A DNA stretch of 64,000 bases from Mobula hypostoma (GCF_963921235.1 NC_086097.1:105216001-105280000); one strand, 5' to 3'. Numbered from the stretch's first letter, positions 1 through 13,217 are shown. The notes: generated from the letters alone by a model not told the origin. Numbers and translations: made by a program.

Positions 1-143
1 GAGCTGGGGTGGGGTTTGGGGTTCTGACATTTAACTGTCATTCATTCTTTGGGGCACTCCTCTGTTTTCGTGGATGGCTGCAAAGAAAGAATTTCAGGAT
101 GTATATTGTATACATTTCTCTTGACATTAAATGTACCTTTGAA
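1..143 (+). repeat. 3' end of an unclassified interspersed repeat, same family as 14870-15572
   Basis: Closely similar to 15420-15572 (ttctaacatttaactgtcattcattctttgggg...attaaatgtacctttgaaa). Confidence 0.7.
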
Positions 144-440
144 ATTCCTACTTGTCATTGTGCAAGTCTGATCAGCAGCTACAGGAAACATTTGGTGGAG
201 GTTATTGCTGCTAAAGAAGGTTCTACCAGTTATTAAATACAAGGGTTCACATACTTTTTCCAGTCTGGACTGTGAACGATAAAACAATGTGTTTAATAAA
301 GATATGAAAAGCTGAATTGTTTGTGTGTTACTAGTTTACACAGATTCTGTTGGCATTATTGTGACTTAGATGAAGATTAGTACACATTTTATGAGTAATT
401 AATACACAAAACCAGGTAATTACAAAGGGCTCACAAACTA
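144..440 (+). mobile_element. Tc1-like transposon 3' remnant
   Basis: Encodes IPTCHCASLISSYRKHLVEVIAAKEGSTSY*, a typical Tc1 transposase C-terminus, followed by TIR-like gggttcacatacttt. Confidence 0.7.
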
Positions 441-444
441 GAGC

Positions 445-2894
445 AAGGGGTTCACATGGGGTGGTTTGTTAGGTATGTTCAGGAAGGTTTCTTGACACAA
501 TATGTACATAAGCCTACAAGAGAAGAGACTGTATTTGATTTGGTATTGGGAAATGAACCTGGTCAGGTGTCAAATCTCTCAGTGGGAGAGCATTTTGGAC
601 ATAATGATCATAATTCTATCTCCTTTACAATAGCATTGGAGAGACAAGTTAGAAAAGTGCTTAATTGGAGTAAGGGGAATTATGAGGCTATCAGGCAGGA
701 AATTGGAAGCTTAAATTGGGAACAGATGTTCTCAGGGAAACGTACAGAAGAAATGTGGCAAATGTTCAGGGGATATTTGTGTGGAGTTCTGCATAGGTAC
801 GTTCCAATGAGACAAGGAAGTTATGGTAGGGTACAGGAACCGTGGTGTACAAAAGCTGTAATAAATCTAGTCAAGAAGAAAAGAAAAGCATACAAAAGGT
901 TCAGAGAGGCAGGTAATGTTAGAGATCTAGAAGATTATAAGGCTAACAGGAAGGAGCTTAAGAAGGAAATTAGGAGAGCCAGAAGGGCCCATAAGAAGAC
1001 CTTGGCGGGGGCAGGATTAAAGAAAACCCCAAGGCATTCTACAAGTATGTGAAGAGCAAGAAGATAAGACGTGAAAGAATAGGACCTATCAAATGTGACA
1101 GTGGAAAAGTGTGTATGGAACCGGAGGAAATAGCAGAGGTACTTAATGAATACTTTACTTCAGTATTCACTATGGAAAAGGATCTTGGTGATTGTAGTCA
1201 TGATTTGCAGCAGACTGAAAAGCTTGAGCATGTAGATATTAAGAAAGAGGATGTGCTGGAGCTTTTGGAAAGCAGCAAGTTGGATAAGTCGTCAGGACCA
1301 GATGAGACATACCCCAGGCTACTGTAGGAGGCGAGGGAGGAGATTGCTGAGCCTCTGGCGATGATCTTTGAATCAACAATGGGGACGGGAGAGGTTCCGG
1401 AGGATTGGAGAGTTGCGGATGTTGATCCTTTATTCAAGAAAGGGAGTAGAGATAGCCCAGGAAATTATAGACCAGTGAGTCTTACTTCAGTGGATGGTAA
1501 GTTGATGGAGAAGATCCTGAGAGGCAGGATTTATGAACATTTGGAGAGGTATAATATGATTAAGAATAGTCAGCATGGCTTTGTCAAGGGCATGTCATGC
1601 CTTATGAGCCTGACTGAATTTTTTGAGAATGTGCCTAAACACATTGATGAAGGTAGAGCAGTAGATGTAGTGTATATGGATTTCACCAAGACATTTGATA
1701 AGGTACCCCATGCAAGGCTTATTGAGAAAGTAAGGAGGCATGGGATCCAAGGGGACATTGCTTTGTGGATCCAGAACTGGCTTGCCCACCGAAGGCAAAG
1801 AGTGGTTGTAGACAGGTCATATCCTGCATGGAGGTCGGTGAACAGTGGTGTGCCTCAGGGATCTGTTCTGGGACCTTTACTCTTTGTGATTTTTACAAAT
1901 GACCTGGATGAGGAAGTGGAGGGATGGGTTAGTAAGTTTGTTGATGACACAAAGGTTGGGGGTGTTGTGGATAGTATGGAGGGCTGTCAGAGGTTACAGC
2001 GGGACATTGATAGTATGCGAAACTGGCAAATGGAGTTCAACCCAGATAAGTATGAAGTAGTTCATTTTGGTAGGTCAAATATGATGGCAGAACATAGTTT
2101 TTTTTGGCGTGTGCGTGCGTGTTCGTCTGTGCGCCTGCGTGTGCGTGCATGTGCAGCAGAATATCGTATTAATAGTAAGACTCTTGGCAGTGTGGAGGAT
2201 CAGAGGGATCTTGGGGTCTGAGTCCATAGGACACTCAAAGCAGCTGTGCAGGTTGACTCTGTGGTTAAGAAGGCATACGGTGTATTGGCCTTTATTAATC
2301 GTGGAATTGAATTTTGGAGCCGAGAGGTAATATAGGACACTGGTCAGCCCCACTTGGAGTACTGTGCTCAGTTCCGGTCGCCTCACTACAGGAAGGATGT
2401 GGAGACCATAGAAAGGGTGCAGAGGAGATTTACAAGGATGTTGCCTGGATTGGGGAGCATGCCTTATGAAAACAGGTTGAGTGAACTCTACCTTTTCTCC
2501 TTGGAGTGACAAAGGATGAGAGGTGACCTGACAGAGGTGTATAAGATGATGAGAGGCATTGATCATTGATCAAAGTCAGAGGCCTTTTCCCAGGGCTGAA
2601 ATGGTTGCCACAAGAGGGCACAGGTTTAAGGTGCTGGGGAGTAGGTACAGAGGATATGTCAGGGGTAAGTTTTTTCACGCAGAGAGTGGTGAGTATGTGG
2701 AATGCGCTGCCAGTAATGGTGGTGGAGGCAGATACGATAGGGTCTTTTTTAGAGACTTCGAGATAGGTACATGGAGCTTGGTAAAATAGAAGGCTATGGG
2801 TAAGCCTAGTAATTTCTAAGGTAGGGACATGTTCAGCACAACTTTGTGGGCCGAAGGGCCTGTACTGTGCTGTAGGTTTTCTATGTTTCTATGT
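445..2894 (+). mobile_element. CR1 LINE, 5'-truncated and degraded ORF2
   Basis: YRPVSLTS, GVPQGSVLGP and KFVDD motifs broken by frameshifts and stops; (TTTCTATG)n tail. Confidence 0.9.
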
Positions 2895-3156
2895 ATTTTT
2901 TGTTTGCAAATGTAAGTGGTAATTAGGTGAGAATGCACTTGATACAAAGAACCTTAGAAGTGACGTTTCCCCTGCTACCTATTTGTTAACCAGAAAGAAT
3001 TCAGAAAGCAGAATTTGATGTCACTTTTAATCAATACAATGTAAAGCATACTTGCATTTAAATTTGAGGAGGAAATATTGAGAGAACGCAATGAGGAGAG
3101 GTGATGGCGGAGGCTTGCAAGGGCAGTGCTGTGTGCCTGAAGTAATCCTATGTACT

Positions 3157-6100
3157 AGGTGTGAGGAGGTTAGTTCACAACAGAGGGATGGGAACCAGTG
3201 CAGAGAGACAGAGGGGTGTAAAGTGAGCGTAGAAGCAAAAAGTACAAAGGGGAAAAGTAAAAGTGGCAGGCCGACAAATCCAGGGCAAGCATTAAAAAGG
3301 GCTAAGAGAGTTGTAAAAGAGTGCCTGAAGGCTTTATGTGTCAATGCAAGGAGCATTCGTAATAAGGTGGATGAATTGAAAGTGCAGATTGTTATTAATG
3401 ATTATGATATAGTTGGGATCACAGAGACATGGCTCCAGGGTGACCAGGGATGGGAGCTCAACGTTCAGGGATATTCAATATTCAGGAGGGATAGACACGA
3501 AGGAAGGGGAGGTGGGGTGGCGTTGCTGGTTAAAAAAGAGATTAACGCAATAGAAAGGAAGGACATAAGCCGGGAAGATGTGGAATCGATATGGGTAGAG
3601 CTGCGTAACACTAAGGGGCAGAAGACGCTGGTGGGAGTTGTGTACAGGCCACCTAACAGTAGTAGTGAGGTCGGAGATGGTATTAAACAGGAAATTAGAA
3701 ATGTGTGCAATAAAGGAACAGCAGTTATAATGGGTGACTTCAATCTACATGTAGACTGGGTGAACCAAATTGGTAAAGGTGCTGAGGAAGAGGATTTCTT
3801 GGAATGTATGCGGGATGGTTTTTTGAACCAACATGTCGAGGAACCGACTAGAGAGCAGGCTATTCTGGACTGGGTTTTGAGCAATGAGGAAGGGTTAATT
3901 AGCGATCTTGTCGTGAGAGGCCCCTTGGGTAAGAGTGACCATAATATGGTGGAATTCTTCATTAACATGGAGAGTGACGTAGTTAATTCAGAAACAAAGG
4001 TTCTGAACTTAAAGAGGGGTAACTTTGAAGGTATGAGACATGAATTAGCTAAGATAGACTGGCAAATGACACTTCAAGGATTGACGGTGGATATGCAATG
4101 GCAGGCATTTAAAGGTTGCATGGATGAACTACAACAATTGTTCATCCCAGTTTGGCAAAAGAATAAATCAAGGAAGGTAGTGCACCCGTGGCTGACAAGA
4201 GAAATTAGGGATAGCATCAATTCCAAAGAAGTAGCATACAAATTAGCCAGAGAAAGTGGCTCACCTGAGGACTGGGAGAAATTCAGAGTTCAGCAGAGGA
4301 GGACAAAGGGCTTAATTAGGAAGGGGAAAAAAGATTATGAGAGAAAACTGGCAGAGAACATAAAAACGGACTGTAAAAGCTTTTATAGATATGTAAAAAG
4401 GAAAAGACTGATAAAGACAAATGTAGGTCCCCTTCAAACAGAAACAGGTGAATTGATTATGGGGAGCAAGGACATGGCAGACCAATTGAATAATTACTTT
4501 GGTTCTGTCTTCACTAAGGAGGACATAAATAATCTTCCAGAAATAGTAAGGGACAGAGGGTCCAGTGAGATGGAGGAACTGAGCGAAATACATGTTAGTA
4601 GGGAAGTGGTGTTAGGTAAATTGAAGGGATTGAAGGCAGATAAATCCCCAGGGCCAGATGGTCTGCATCCCAGAGTGCTTAAGGAAGTGGCCCAAGAAAT
4701 AGTGGATGCATTAGTGATAATTTTTCAAAACTCGTTAGATTCTGGACTAGTTCCTGAGGATTGGAGGGTGGCTAATGTAACCCCACTTTTTAAAAAAGGA
4801 GGGAGAGAGAAACCGGGGAATTATAGGCCGGTTAGCCTAACGTCGGTGGTGGGGAAACTGCTGGAGTCAGTTATCAAGGATGTGATAACAGCACATTTGG
4901 AAAGCGGTGAAATGATCGGACAAAGTCAGCATGGATTTGTGAAAGGAAAATCATGTCTGACGAATCTCATAGAATTTTTTGAGGATGTAACTAGTAGAGT
5001 GGATAGGGGAGAACCAGTGGATGTGGTATATTTGGATTTTCAAAAGGCTTTTGACAAGGTCCCACATAGGAGATTAGTGTGCAAACTTAAAGCACACGGT
5101 ATTGGGGGTAAGGTATTGGTGTGGGTGGAGAATTGGTTAGCAGACAGGAAGCAAAGAGTGGGAATAAACGGGACCTTTTCAGAATGGCAGGCGGTGACTA
5201 GTGGGGTACCGCAAGGCTCAGTGCTGGGACCCCAGTTGTTTACAATATATATTAATGACTTGGATGAGGGAATTAAATGCAGCATCTCCAAGTTTGCGGA
5301 TGACACGAAGCTGGGTGGCAGTGTTAGCAGTGAGGAGGATGCTAAGAGGATGCAGGGTGACTTGGATAGGTTGGGTGAGTGGGCAAACTCATGGCAGATG
5401 CAATTTAATGTGGATAAATGTGAAGTTATCCACTTTGGTGGCAAAAATAGGAAAACAGATTATTATCTGAATGGTGGCCGATTAGGAAAAGGGGAGGTGC
5501 AACGAGACCTGGGTGTCATTATACACCAGTCATTGAAAGTGGGCATGCAGGTACAGCAGGCGGTGAAAAAGGCGAACGGTATGCTGGCATTTATAGCGAG
5601 AGGATTCGAGTACAGGAGCAGGGAGGTACTACTGCAGTTGTACAAGGCCTTGGTGAGACCACACCTGGAGTATTGTGTGCAGTTTTGGTCCCCTAATCTG
5701 AGGAAAGACATCTTTGCCATAGAGGGAGTACAAAGAAGGTTCACCAGATTGATTCCTGGGATGGCAGGTCTTTCATATGAAGAAAGACTGGATGAACTGG
5801 GCTTGTACTCGTTGGAATTTAGAAGATTGAGGGGGGATCTGATTGAAACGTATAAGATCCTAAAGGGATTGGACAGGCTAGATGCAGGAAGATTGTTCCC
5901 GATGTTGGGGAGGTCTAGAACGAGGGGTCACAGTTTGAGGATAGAGGGGAAGCCTTTTAGGACCGAGGTTAGGAAAAACTTCTTCACACAGAGAGTGGTG
6001 AATCTGTGGAATTCTCTGCCACAGCAAACTGTTGAGGCCAGTTCATTAGCTATGTTTAAAAGGAAGTTAGATATGGCCCTTGTGGCTACAGGGGTCAGGG

Positions 6101-6220
6101 GGTATGGAGGGAAGGCTGGGTTCTGAGTTGGATGATCAGCCATGATCATAATAAATGGCGGTGCAGGCTCGAAGGGCCGAATGGCCTACTCCTGCACCTA
6201 TTTTCTATGTTTCTATGTTT
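3157..6220 (+). mobile_element. Young CR1 LINE with uninterrupted ORF2 frame (APE endonuclease + RT); no ORF1
   Basis: NARSI, ITETWL, YRPP, GDFN, SDH, PQGSVLGP and FADD all intact to stop at 6126. (TTTCTATG)n tail. 9-bp TSD CTATGTACT at 3148-3156 and 6221-6229. Confidence 0.95.
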
Positions 6221-6243
6221 CTATGTACTGAATTATCACGTAC

Positions 6244-6904
6244 CGCTGTTGCTCTTCTTCTCTTGCCCAGAACTTGGGTGTCATTGAGTTCACCGCCAGA
6301 AGTGTAGCTGCTATCAGTGGCACCATCTGCTGCAATGCAACACGGCACAGCACCAGAGGAACTCTGCTGGGCAGGCACCTCACCATCCTCCTCTAACTGA
6401 AGAGTGCCTTGTCGACAGGAACCATCACTGGCGGAAAGGAGAGATCCCTTTTCCATCCCACTGTTCTTCACAGGGATGCTGTCAAGACCAATATGTGAGT
6501 CTATGCTTCCTTCCATCTTCACTGTGGGGAGCTCCTGGGTTGAAGAGCTGGAATTGTCATCAGTCTTGCCAAGCTGGAGTGTTTCTGAGAGGGCAGGGCT
6601 ATCACGAGCAGCCTGACAGGTCGAAGTATTTGGTCCTGGAGGAAATGGAGGTAGCTTGCTGCTTGGAATGCTGGGAGCCCTGTCCTCCTCCAGGTGTTTC
6701 AAGTCATCGCCGAACAGATTATAAATTGATCGTTTGTCTGTGACCACACTGCTTTCAGAAAGGCTGCGCTTCCGAATGCTTCCGGCTGTTGCATTGGAGA
6801 TTCCCTCCCACTGAAAGCCTTCTAGAGAAAGGAAGTTTTTCTCCTCATCCAGCTGCAGAGCTTCCAAACTGGTTTGCACCGAAGGAACCATCTCAATCCC
6901 AAAC
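6244..6904 (-). CDS. ZNF106: ZNF106 coding exon 5 (661 nt), FGIEMV...SLEGFQWEG...RKRSLSESSV...KRRRATA
   Basis: Acceptor ttctttttccag and donor GCG|gtacgt. Conserved ZNF106 motifs. Downstream exons (WD40 region) are outside the window. Confidence 0.95.
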
Positions 6905-7583
6905 CTGGAAAAAGAACCGTAAACATGTTAACACAAAGCAAAGTCAATTCCACAGGAAGACTGATTACGAGTACATCTTAAGTACAAAGAAACACCGTGT
7001 GTGGAGGTACTCAATGCATTGCTGAACATTTTCCACCAAATGATTCCCCTGCTAGCGGGGGCCAGGGATAGTGACTGAAGGCCAGAACACTACAACACAG
7101 AAATACGTATTTCAGCCCATCTATTCTATTCTGCCTAGTCACATTGACCATAGCTCTCCATACTCCTCCCATCCAAACCTCTCTCAAACGCTGAAATTGA
7201 ATCCACATTCAACACTTCTGCTGGCAGCTCATTCCACACTCTCACTGCTAACCAATGACCTCTACTTCTCTTCCAACCTCAGTAGAAAAAGCCAGCTAGC
7301 ATTCATCCCATCTATACCCCTCACAAATCTATATAATATACTTATCAAATCTCCCCTTATTCTCCTACACTCCAGGGAATAAAATGTCCTAACCTATTCA
7401 ACCTTTCCCCACAACTCATGTCAAGTCCCAGCAATATCCTTGTAAAGTTTCTCCACACACTTTCAATCATATTGATATCTTTGTGCAGTTAGGTGACCAT
7501 AAAAGAGCACGCACAGTACAACAAATGAGGCCTCAACAACAGCTTATACAACTTCAACATGACATCACAACTCATTTACTAAA

Positions 7584-8032
7584 ATGTTACCTCGGTTTCA
7601 TCACCTAAGTTACAGAGAAAGGTTGAACAAGTTGGGCCTTTATTCTTTGGAACATAGAAGGTTGAGGGGGGGACTTGATAGAGGTATTAAAATTACGAGG
7701 GGGACAGATAGAGCTGACGTGGATAGGCTTTTTCCATTGAGAGTGGGAGAGATTCAAACAAGCGGACATGAGTTGAGAGTTAAAGGGCAAAAGTTTAGAA
7801 GTAACATGAGGGGGAACTTCTTTACTCAGAGAGTGGTAGCTGTGTGGAACGAGCCTCCAGCAGAAGTGGTTGAGGCAGGTTCGATATTGTCCTTTAAAGT
7901 TAAATTGGACAGGAATGGAATGGAGGGTTATGGACTGAGTGTAGGTCGGTGGGACTAGGTGAGGATAAGAGTTCGGCACGGACTAGAAGGGCCGAGATGG
8001 CCTGCTTCTGTGCTGAAATTGTTATATGGTTA
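7584..8032 (+). mobile_element. CR1 3' fragment nested in an older minus-strand CR1 remnant (~7090-8140)
   Basis: LSYRERLNKLGLYSLE...NFFTQRVV C-terminal motif and CR1 3' UTR. Confidence 0.75.
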
Positions 8033-8715
8033 TACTAAATACCTTGATTTATAAAGACCAATGTGTCAAAAGCTCTCTTCATGACTATCTACTTGTGATT
8101 CCACTTTCAAGGAATCATAGACCTTCATTCCCAGAACCCTCCAAGATAACCCCACAAAGGTAAAAAAGATCCAAGTTCTGAGTTGAAATGGCAGTGGAAG
8201 CTTTGTCAGTGATCAGAAGTTCCACTATGTTAATGGAGTCAGAAACTGACAAATCCCTTCTGCCCTACATCATTTTCCACCCCAACCACCTCCCCACACA
8301 CACAAACTCTTCCATATTCTTATTTATGTGGAGTAAGTTTGTTAATGCAACCACACAACACTCATATGGTGAGTTGATAGCTAGCCAAAGATCATCTCAC
8401 TGCAGACAAACAGTGCGTAGCAAGCTTCACCCTCTACACATCCATGTATTCTGAGTCACAAAACCAAAACAAGGTCCACAGGAATTGCTACAGCGTCAAC
8501 TGTGACTTACTGCACCATACTTGTAAGTCTGAAGACTTGAGTTCAAATCCATTCTGGAGGGTAAACACAAAGCCCTCAGTCAACATTGCCGTGAGGGCGG
8601 CACTGAGAGGTAAGACATGCTGTTGGACTGAAATTTTAACCGAACACCAATTCTGTCAGATGCATAGAAAAATTTCTACAAGCGAACAAGAGGAACAAAT
8701 TATTTCCTTACTGAC

Positions 8716-10875
8716 CTTGGTAAACCCTTGCCAAGCTCCTGTTTCTTTTTAGCGACTTGCTGTATAACTTGATCCCAATTGACATGATGCCGAGATACAT
8801 TCAGCAGCTGACGTACAGTTGGTTTCAGACCAGATTCCTTCTCGGATTCACTTTTCTTCTGACTTCCTATGTTCCGAATTCGGCGGGCGATATTGAGGTT
8901 TGGTTCAGGGACATGAGTACCAGGTCGGGACTTAGCGTTGATGTGGCGGGTTAGGTCTCTCTGTACAGAGGTGGGAAGTCCAAGCTTGTTGAGTTCAGAC
9001 AGGAGACTGTTGGAACCCTGGGTCCCTCCACTCTGTAGCTCAATATCAGAGGAACAATTATCAAATGTTTCAGGAGGCATGGAACCTTGGACCTCATTTG
9101 CATTTTTTGCTTCAGTCACTGCAAAGGAGAAAGTGAACGATGGCTGATCTCTTGTTCTTGAAGCCAAGGCCTTTGAATCACCTTTTGTGATGCAGACTTC
9201 AAAATCAGCATCATGCTGGGTACCTAATATAGCTGTTTGATCTTTTATTGTTTGTGCACAAGACTGCCTCTGATCTGAATGCATGCTGGCAGAATCCATA
9301 ATTGTATCTGAGTGAGATTCTTCTATTTTTTGTACACAAGTCTGGCCTGAACTTACAGCTGTAACTGGGTCCAACTCTTCTGAAATGCCAATAGGTTCTT
9401 GGCTCAGTTTCCTGGAGTCACCTGGTGCTTGCTGCACCATGTCTCCATCTGTGTTCTGCAATATACTGTTACTGTTTCTACCCTCCCCAGGTTCTCCACT
9501 ACTCTCTGGATGACTGTCTTGTCCACATTCAGACTGACTCTGCCTCAGGGCTTCTCTGGCCAGTCTCAGCATCTCATTCAAACTATTGTCCAGTGGCGAT
9601 TTGTCACCACAGCCTGGTGCAGCCAGTGAGGGCCGTACAGTTGTCTCTGCGGTAGCTTCTGTTGAAAGGGGAGCTGTTGATGTGCTTGGTGCACTGTTCA
9701 GCCCTTGTGTGCTCTTACTAAGTAGTGAACATTGTGTTCCCAAATTGGGGGACCTTGGCCACTTCTCACTTTCTATCTTAAATGAGGGTTCGTCTTTCTT
9801 TGGGTTTGAATCTGAAGCAGAGGATGCACGTTCAGGAGGAGGACTGGGTAAAAATTTGGCATGAAGCATGGCAGGAAGCTGGTTCCCATCTTCGTTTGCT
9901 GCTTTGATTTCATCCTCTGTTGAGTAACCATGTTGTATTACAGAGCTTGCACCACTGTTTGATCCTTCAGTCACTTTCCCAGAGTGCCGACCACCACTTC
10001 GGTGCCGAGTCTCAGTGTCTTTCACTCGTGCCGACCTGGAACTACTCCCAGATTCATTCACATTCTTGCTTCTAATACCAGGATCTGTGGCCAGATCTTT
10101 AGACCTCTGAGGACGATATGGAGCCCAGCGATGCCTCTTATCTCTCGGGGGACTTAAACTTTTCCCCCCCTTCTCATCACTTTTATTCTGGGCTTTTAAC
10201 ACAAGGTTAAAACTCAACATCCCTTCACTTGGCACATCATCACTGGTGAAATCCATGTGACATTCCTGAAAGGCATAATCGTTCTTGCTGTACCTGTCTG
10301 ACGTTTTTCTCCCTGGCCTCCTCCAGTTTTGTGCTTTCTCCCACGCACGCCGATCTCTCACACTTCTGCTATCCATTTGATTCAACTTCTGCATTTTCCC
10401 TTTATTCCATTTCCGATCCAGCTCCTCCACAGAATTACCGCTGTTACCAGGCTGATGTCGGGCATTCGACCTGCTGCTCATGTAGTGAGCTGCACTGTCT
10501 GCAACAGTGCTGGCACTAGTGTTCCAGTTTGATGGGCCCCCTTGGACCTTGCGATGATGACTAGGTGCCCCCCCTGGTCCACTGGAATGCCAGCTATGAT
10601 TGGAATACCAATTGGGAGCCGCTTCGCTGTCATCGGGCTGCCAACTGTGATGTCCCCACGAGCCCGGTAAGCGTCGGTTTGAAGAACCCCCTGAATTTGT
10701 CTTCCAGTGGTATTTGCTCAATCTGCAACTGGCATATTCCCTTGGGACCCAGTTCCGCTCCCGCTCTCCTGCACTTTCATGGTGCCATTGGCTCATAGGC
10801 TGGTCTTCCCTCATCCTCCAATATCGTCTGTCATCACCATCTGCTCGGTTTCCTGGCTTGGGCACATCATTCTTT
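8716..10875 (-). CDS. ZNF106: ZNF106 large coding exon 4 (2160 nt), low-complexity W/S/G-rich region
   Basis: Within ORF 8700..10898. Ends ...QRDLTRHI...PEPNLNIARRIRNI...VNWDQVIQQVAKKKQELGKGLPR as in ZNF106. Acceptor ttttgtgtag, donor AG|gtcag. Confidence 0.95.
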
Positions 10876-11149
10876 CTACACAAAACAAAATAACACACAT
10901 ACAGTTATTAAATTTACAGCACAGTAAGTAGCTATTGGTCCAACATGGAAAGAACATCAAACTACTGCAGATACTGGAAACCTGAAACAAAAACCAATGC
11001 TGGAATACTCGAGGTTACCTGTGGGAACTGTCAATGCTTTACGTGCAGGACCCGATGAAGAATTCCAAACCTAAAACATTAGCCGTTTCTCTTTCTACAG
11101 ATGCCACCTGACCTGATTGAGAGCTTGCAATTTTTTTGTTATTTTAGCC

Positions 11150-11705
11150 GTTGGTTGTTTGTCCATCATTGACGTCGATGAGGGCCTCGACATCATTATG
11201 ATGGTGTCAAGACTAGCGCGTGATTTGGATTTAAGTGAGGGAGAGTTGTGCAGCGTCAGCCTCACTCTCTCTTCCCAATTCCCATCTGGATCCAGTGGCA
11301 AGACAGAGTCTAGATGGCTGGAGATGGGACTAGGCGCAGTGGATAACCAGGACGTCTTCTGTGTCTTGTCCTGCTCTACACGTTCCACGACGCTTGCAGA
11401 GACCGCCTTCGTGACTGTTGGACCTTCCATAGGTCTCTCCGCTCATTCCGCCGGAGTCTGTCTTCACATGCTGGGATAGACAACTCCCTATCACACCGAG
11501 GGTTTGAGACCCGTCGGCTACCCTCACCTGGTTTAGCCGGCTTGTCGAAGCCATTGCCCGGGGTGTGGCCGCTGTCGCATGCAAACAGCTACGGGGAGCC
11601 ACAGGTGAGAGCTGAGTGCCAGGTGGGGACCAAAGGTGGACTAACCGCCCTGAAAAGGACGCGACTTTTTCCCCGACCAGAGGTGCTACCCCTCCCTGAC
11701 ACCCC
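11150..11705 (-). mobile_element. Non-autonomous RTE-derived element (5' UTR fused to 3' tail)
   Basis: No RT ORF; CAA-rich tail. 5' and 3' parts resemble recalled RTE-derived elements of the MAR1/RTE1_Mars type. Confidence 0.6.
11521..11705 (-). ncRNA. Putative HDV-like self-cleaving ribozyme at the RTE element 5' end
   Basis: P1 GGGGTGT(11705-11699)/ACACCCC(11566-11560). P2 CTCACCTG/CAGGTGAG. P3 GGC/GCC. L3 begins TCC with GG after P1' (P1.1). P4 GGCTT-CGAC-AAGCC. J4/2 CTAA. Confidence 0.6.
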
Positions 11706-13217
11706 ATACACCGTATGAGGTCTTCATCTGATGTTACTTGCTCCCAATGTAATTTCCATTCCTTCTCTAATTTATATGCTTCCCTTTTTACAATCAGATT
11801 CCCTTTAAATGGTAACCTTCATCACAGCAAGTTTCTTATACAAAGTATTTTTGAAACCATCTCTTTTGGTCCTTGGTCTTTACCCCTGTCTTATGCAAAC
11901 CAACTGTGACAATTGCTTCTTGCCCTGTGCCTCCTCACCTCTTGGATCCAACCATAGATTGCAGTCTCTTCCTCTCTGAACTCAATATGTTCTCAAAGCC
12001 TTTGGGCCTCTCCTCTAACCTCTATAGTGAGACTGAAGACAGTGCAAATAATTCTTCTCAAGGCCACAAGTGATATTATATATATTCCTCATTGCAATCT
12101 ATATTCTTTCTTAATCATCAGCCAATAAATATATATTACTTTCCCTCAAATCCTCCCACAACTTGATTTAACTTACATTTATAGAAAACCTTTCACATTC
12201 CCTTCAGGTCTTTGCAATCCGAAGAACCATTTTAAGTCACTATTAAAAGATGAGAAATTTAATTGACAGCAAGTCCCTACAAATAAAAACATGATTTGGA
12301 CTAGACAATGTTTTAGAAATTCTGAAACAGGAATAAATATTTGCCAAGGCACTGAGGATAACTCTCTTGTGCTTATTCAAGAGCAGTGGTTCTCAAACTT
12401 TTTTGGATTACTGCTCTCTTAGCTCCTAGATCATATCCCCCAAGCCCTTTTCCCTTTCCAGCAATAAAAAAAAATATAAAGAATTTAGGTTTACAATGCA
12501 GTGAAAGAAAATAGGAACTGCAAATGTAAAGCAGTGATAAATATTTGCAAAAGTTATTCATCTCTATTTAAAGCTACAAATAAAATTATATCCTTATTTA
12601 ATTACAGTACAAACAATTTTCATCAGCAATTTTAGAGCATACATTAGAAGTCCAAATATTCACTACTTCATAGCTTTTTCACCTTTCAGTGAGATGGATG
12701 GGCTTGGTGTAGAGATATCAGCTTCTCAATATCAGGCTGAATGTCACTCAGAAGGAGTCTCAAATCTCCACATTCAATAATTTGCCATCTGTTTTGTTAC
12801 TTTGAAAGACATTGGGTAGATTGCACTGAAACTGCGCTAACCTAAATTTGGTGTTGGAAAGGCAATAAAGAATACCTTGACCACAGTACAAGATAGTGTT
12901 CGGAGATCTCTTTCTGCAACTAAAAGTTTTGATATCATTTTTTTCAGCCTTGGCTTCAGCTCAAAGCCATTATGTAACAAGATCAGTTCTTTCTCTATTT
13001 TTCCTGTTAATTCTTCATTGCAAATGTTCAGGAATGGATGTATTACCGACTCTGGAATTTGGACCGAGAGAAGATCCTGAAATCTCTCTGACATGTCTTT
13101 ATGTAGCTCACATAGATGGGCATAGTCTACTTGAAGATCATCATCTGGTATTCTTCCTTTCTCTTCCAACTCAGAAAAGACCAGAAATTGGAAAAGGTCA
13201 CAACGGCCAATGCTGCA

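Noticed and set aside
3091..3156. ATG-initiated 1011-aa ORF as a domesticated RT gene
   Set aside because: The first 22 codons lie outside the TSD-defined element. The rest is ordinary CR1 ORF2 with a near-identical second copy nearby.
3465..5744. Antisense ORFs over CR1 copies
   Set aside because: Shadow frames of CR1 ORF2, recurring in every copy, with no independent support.
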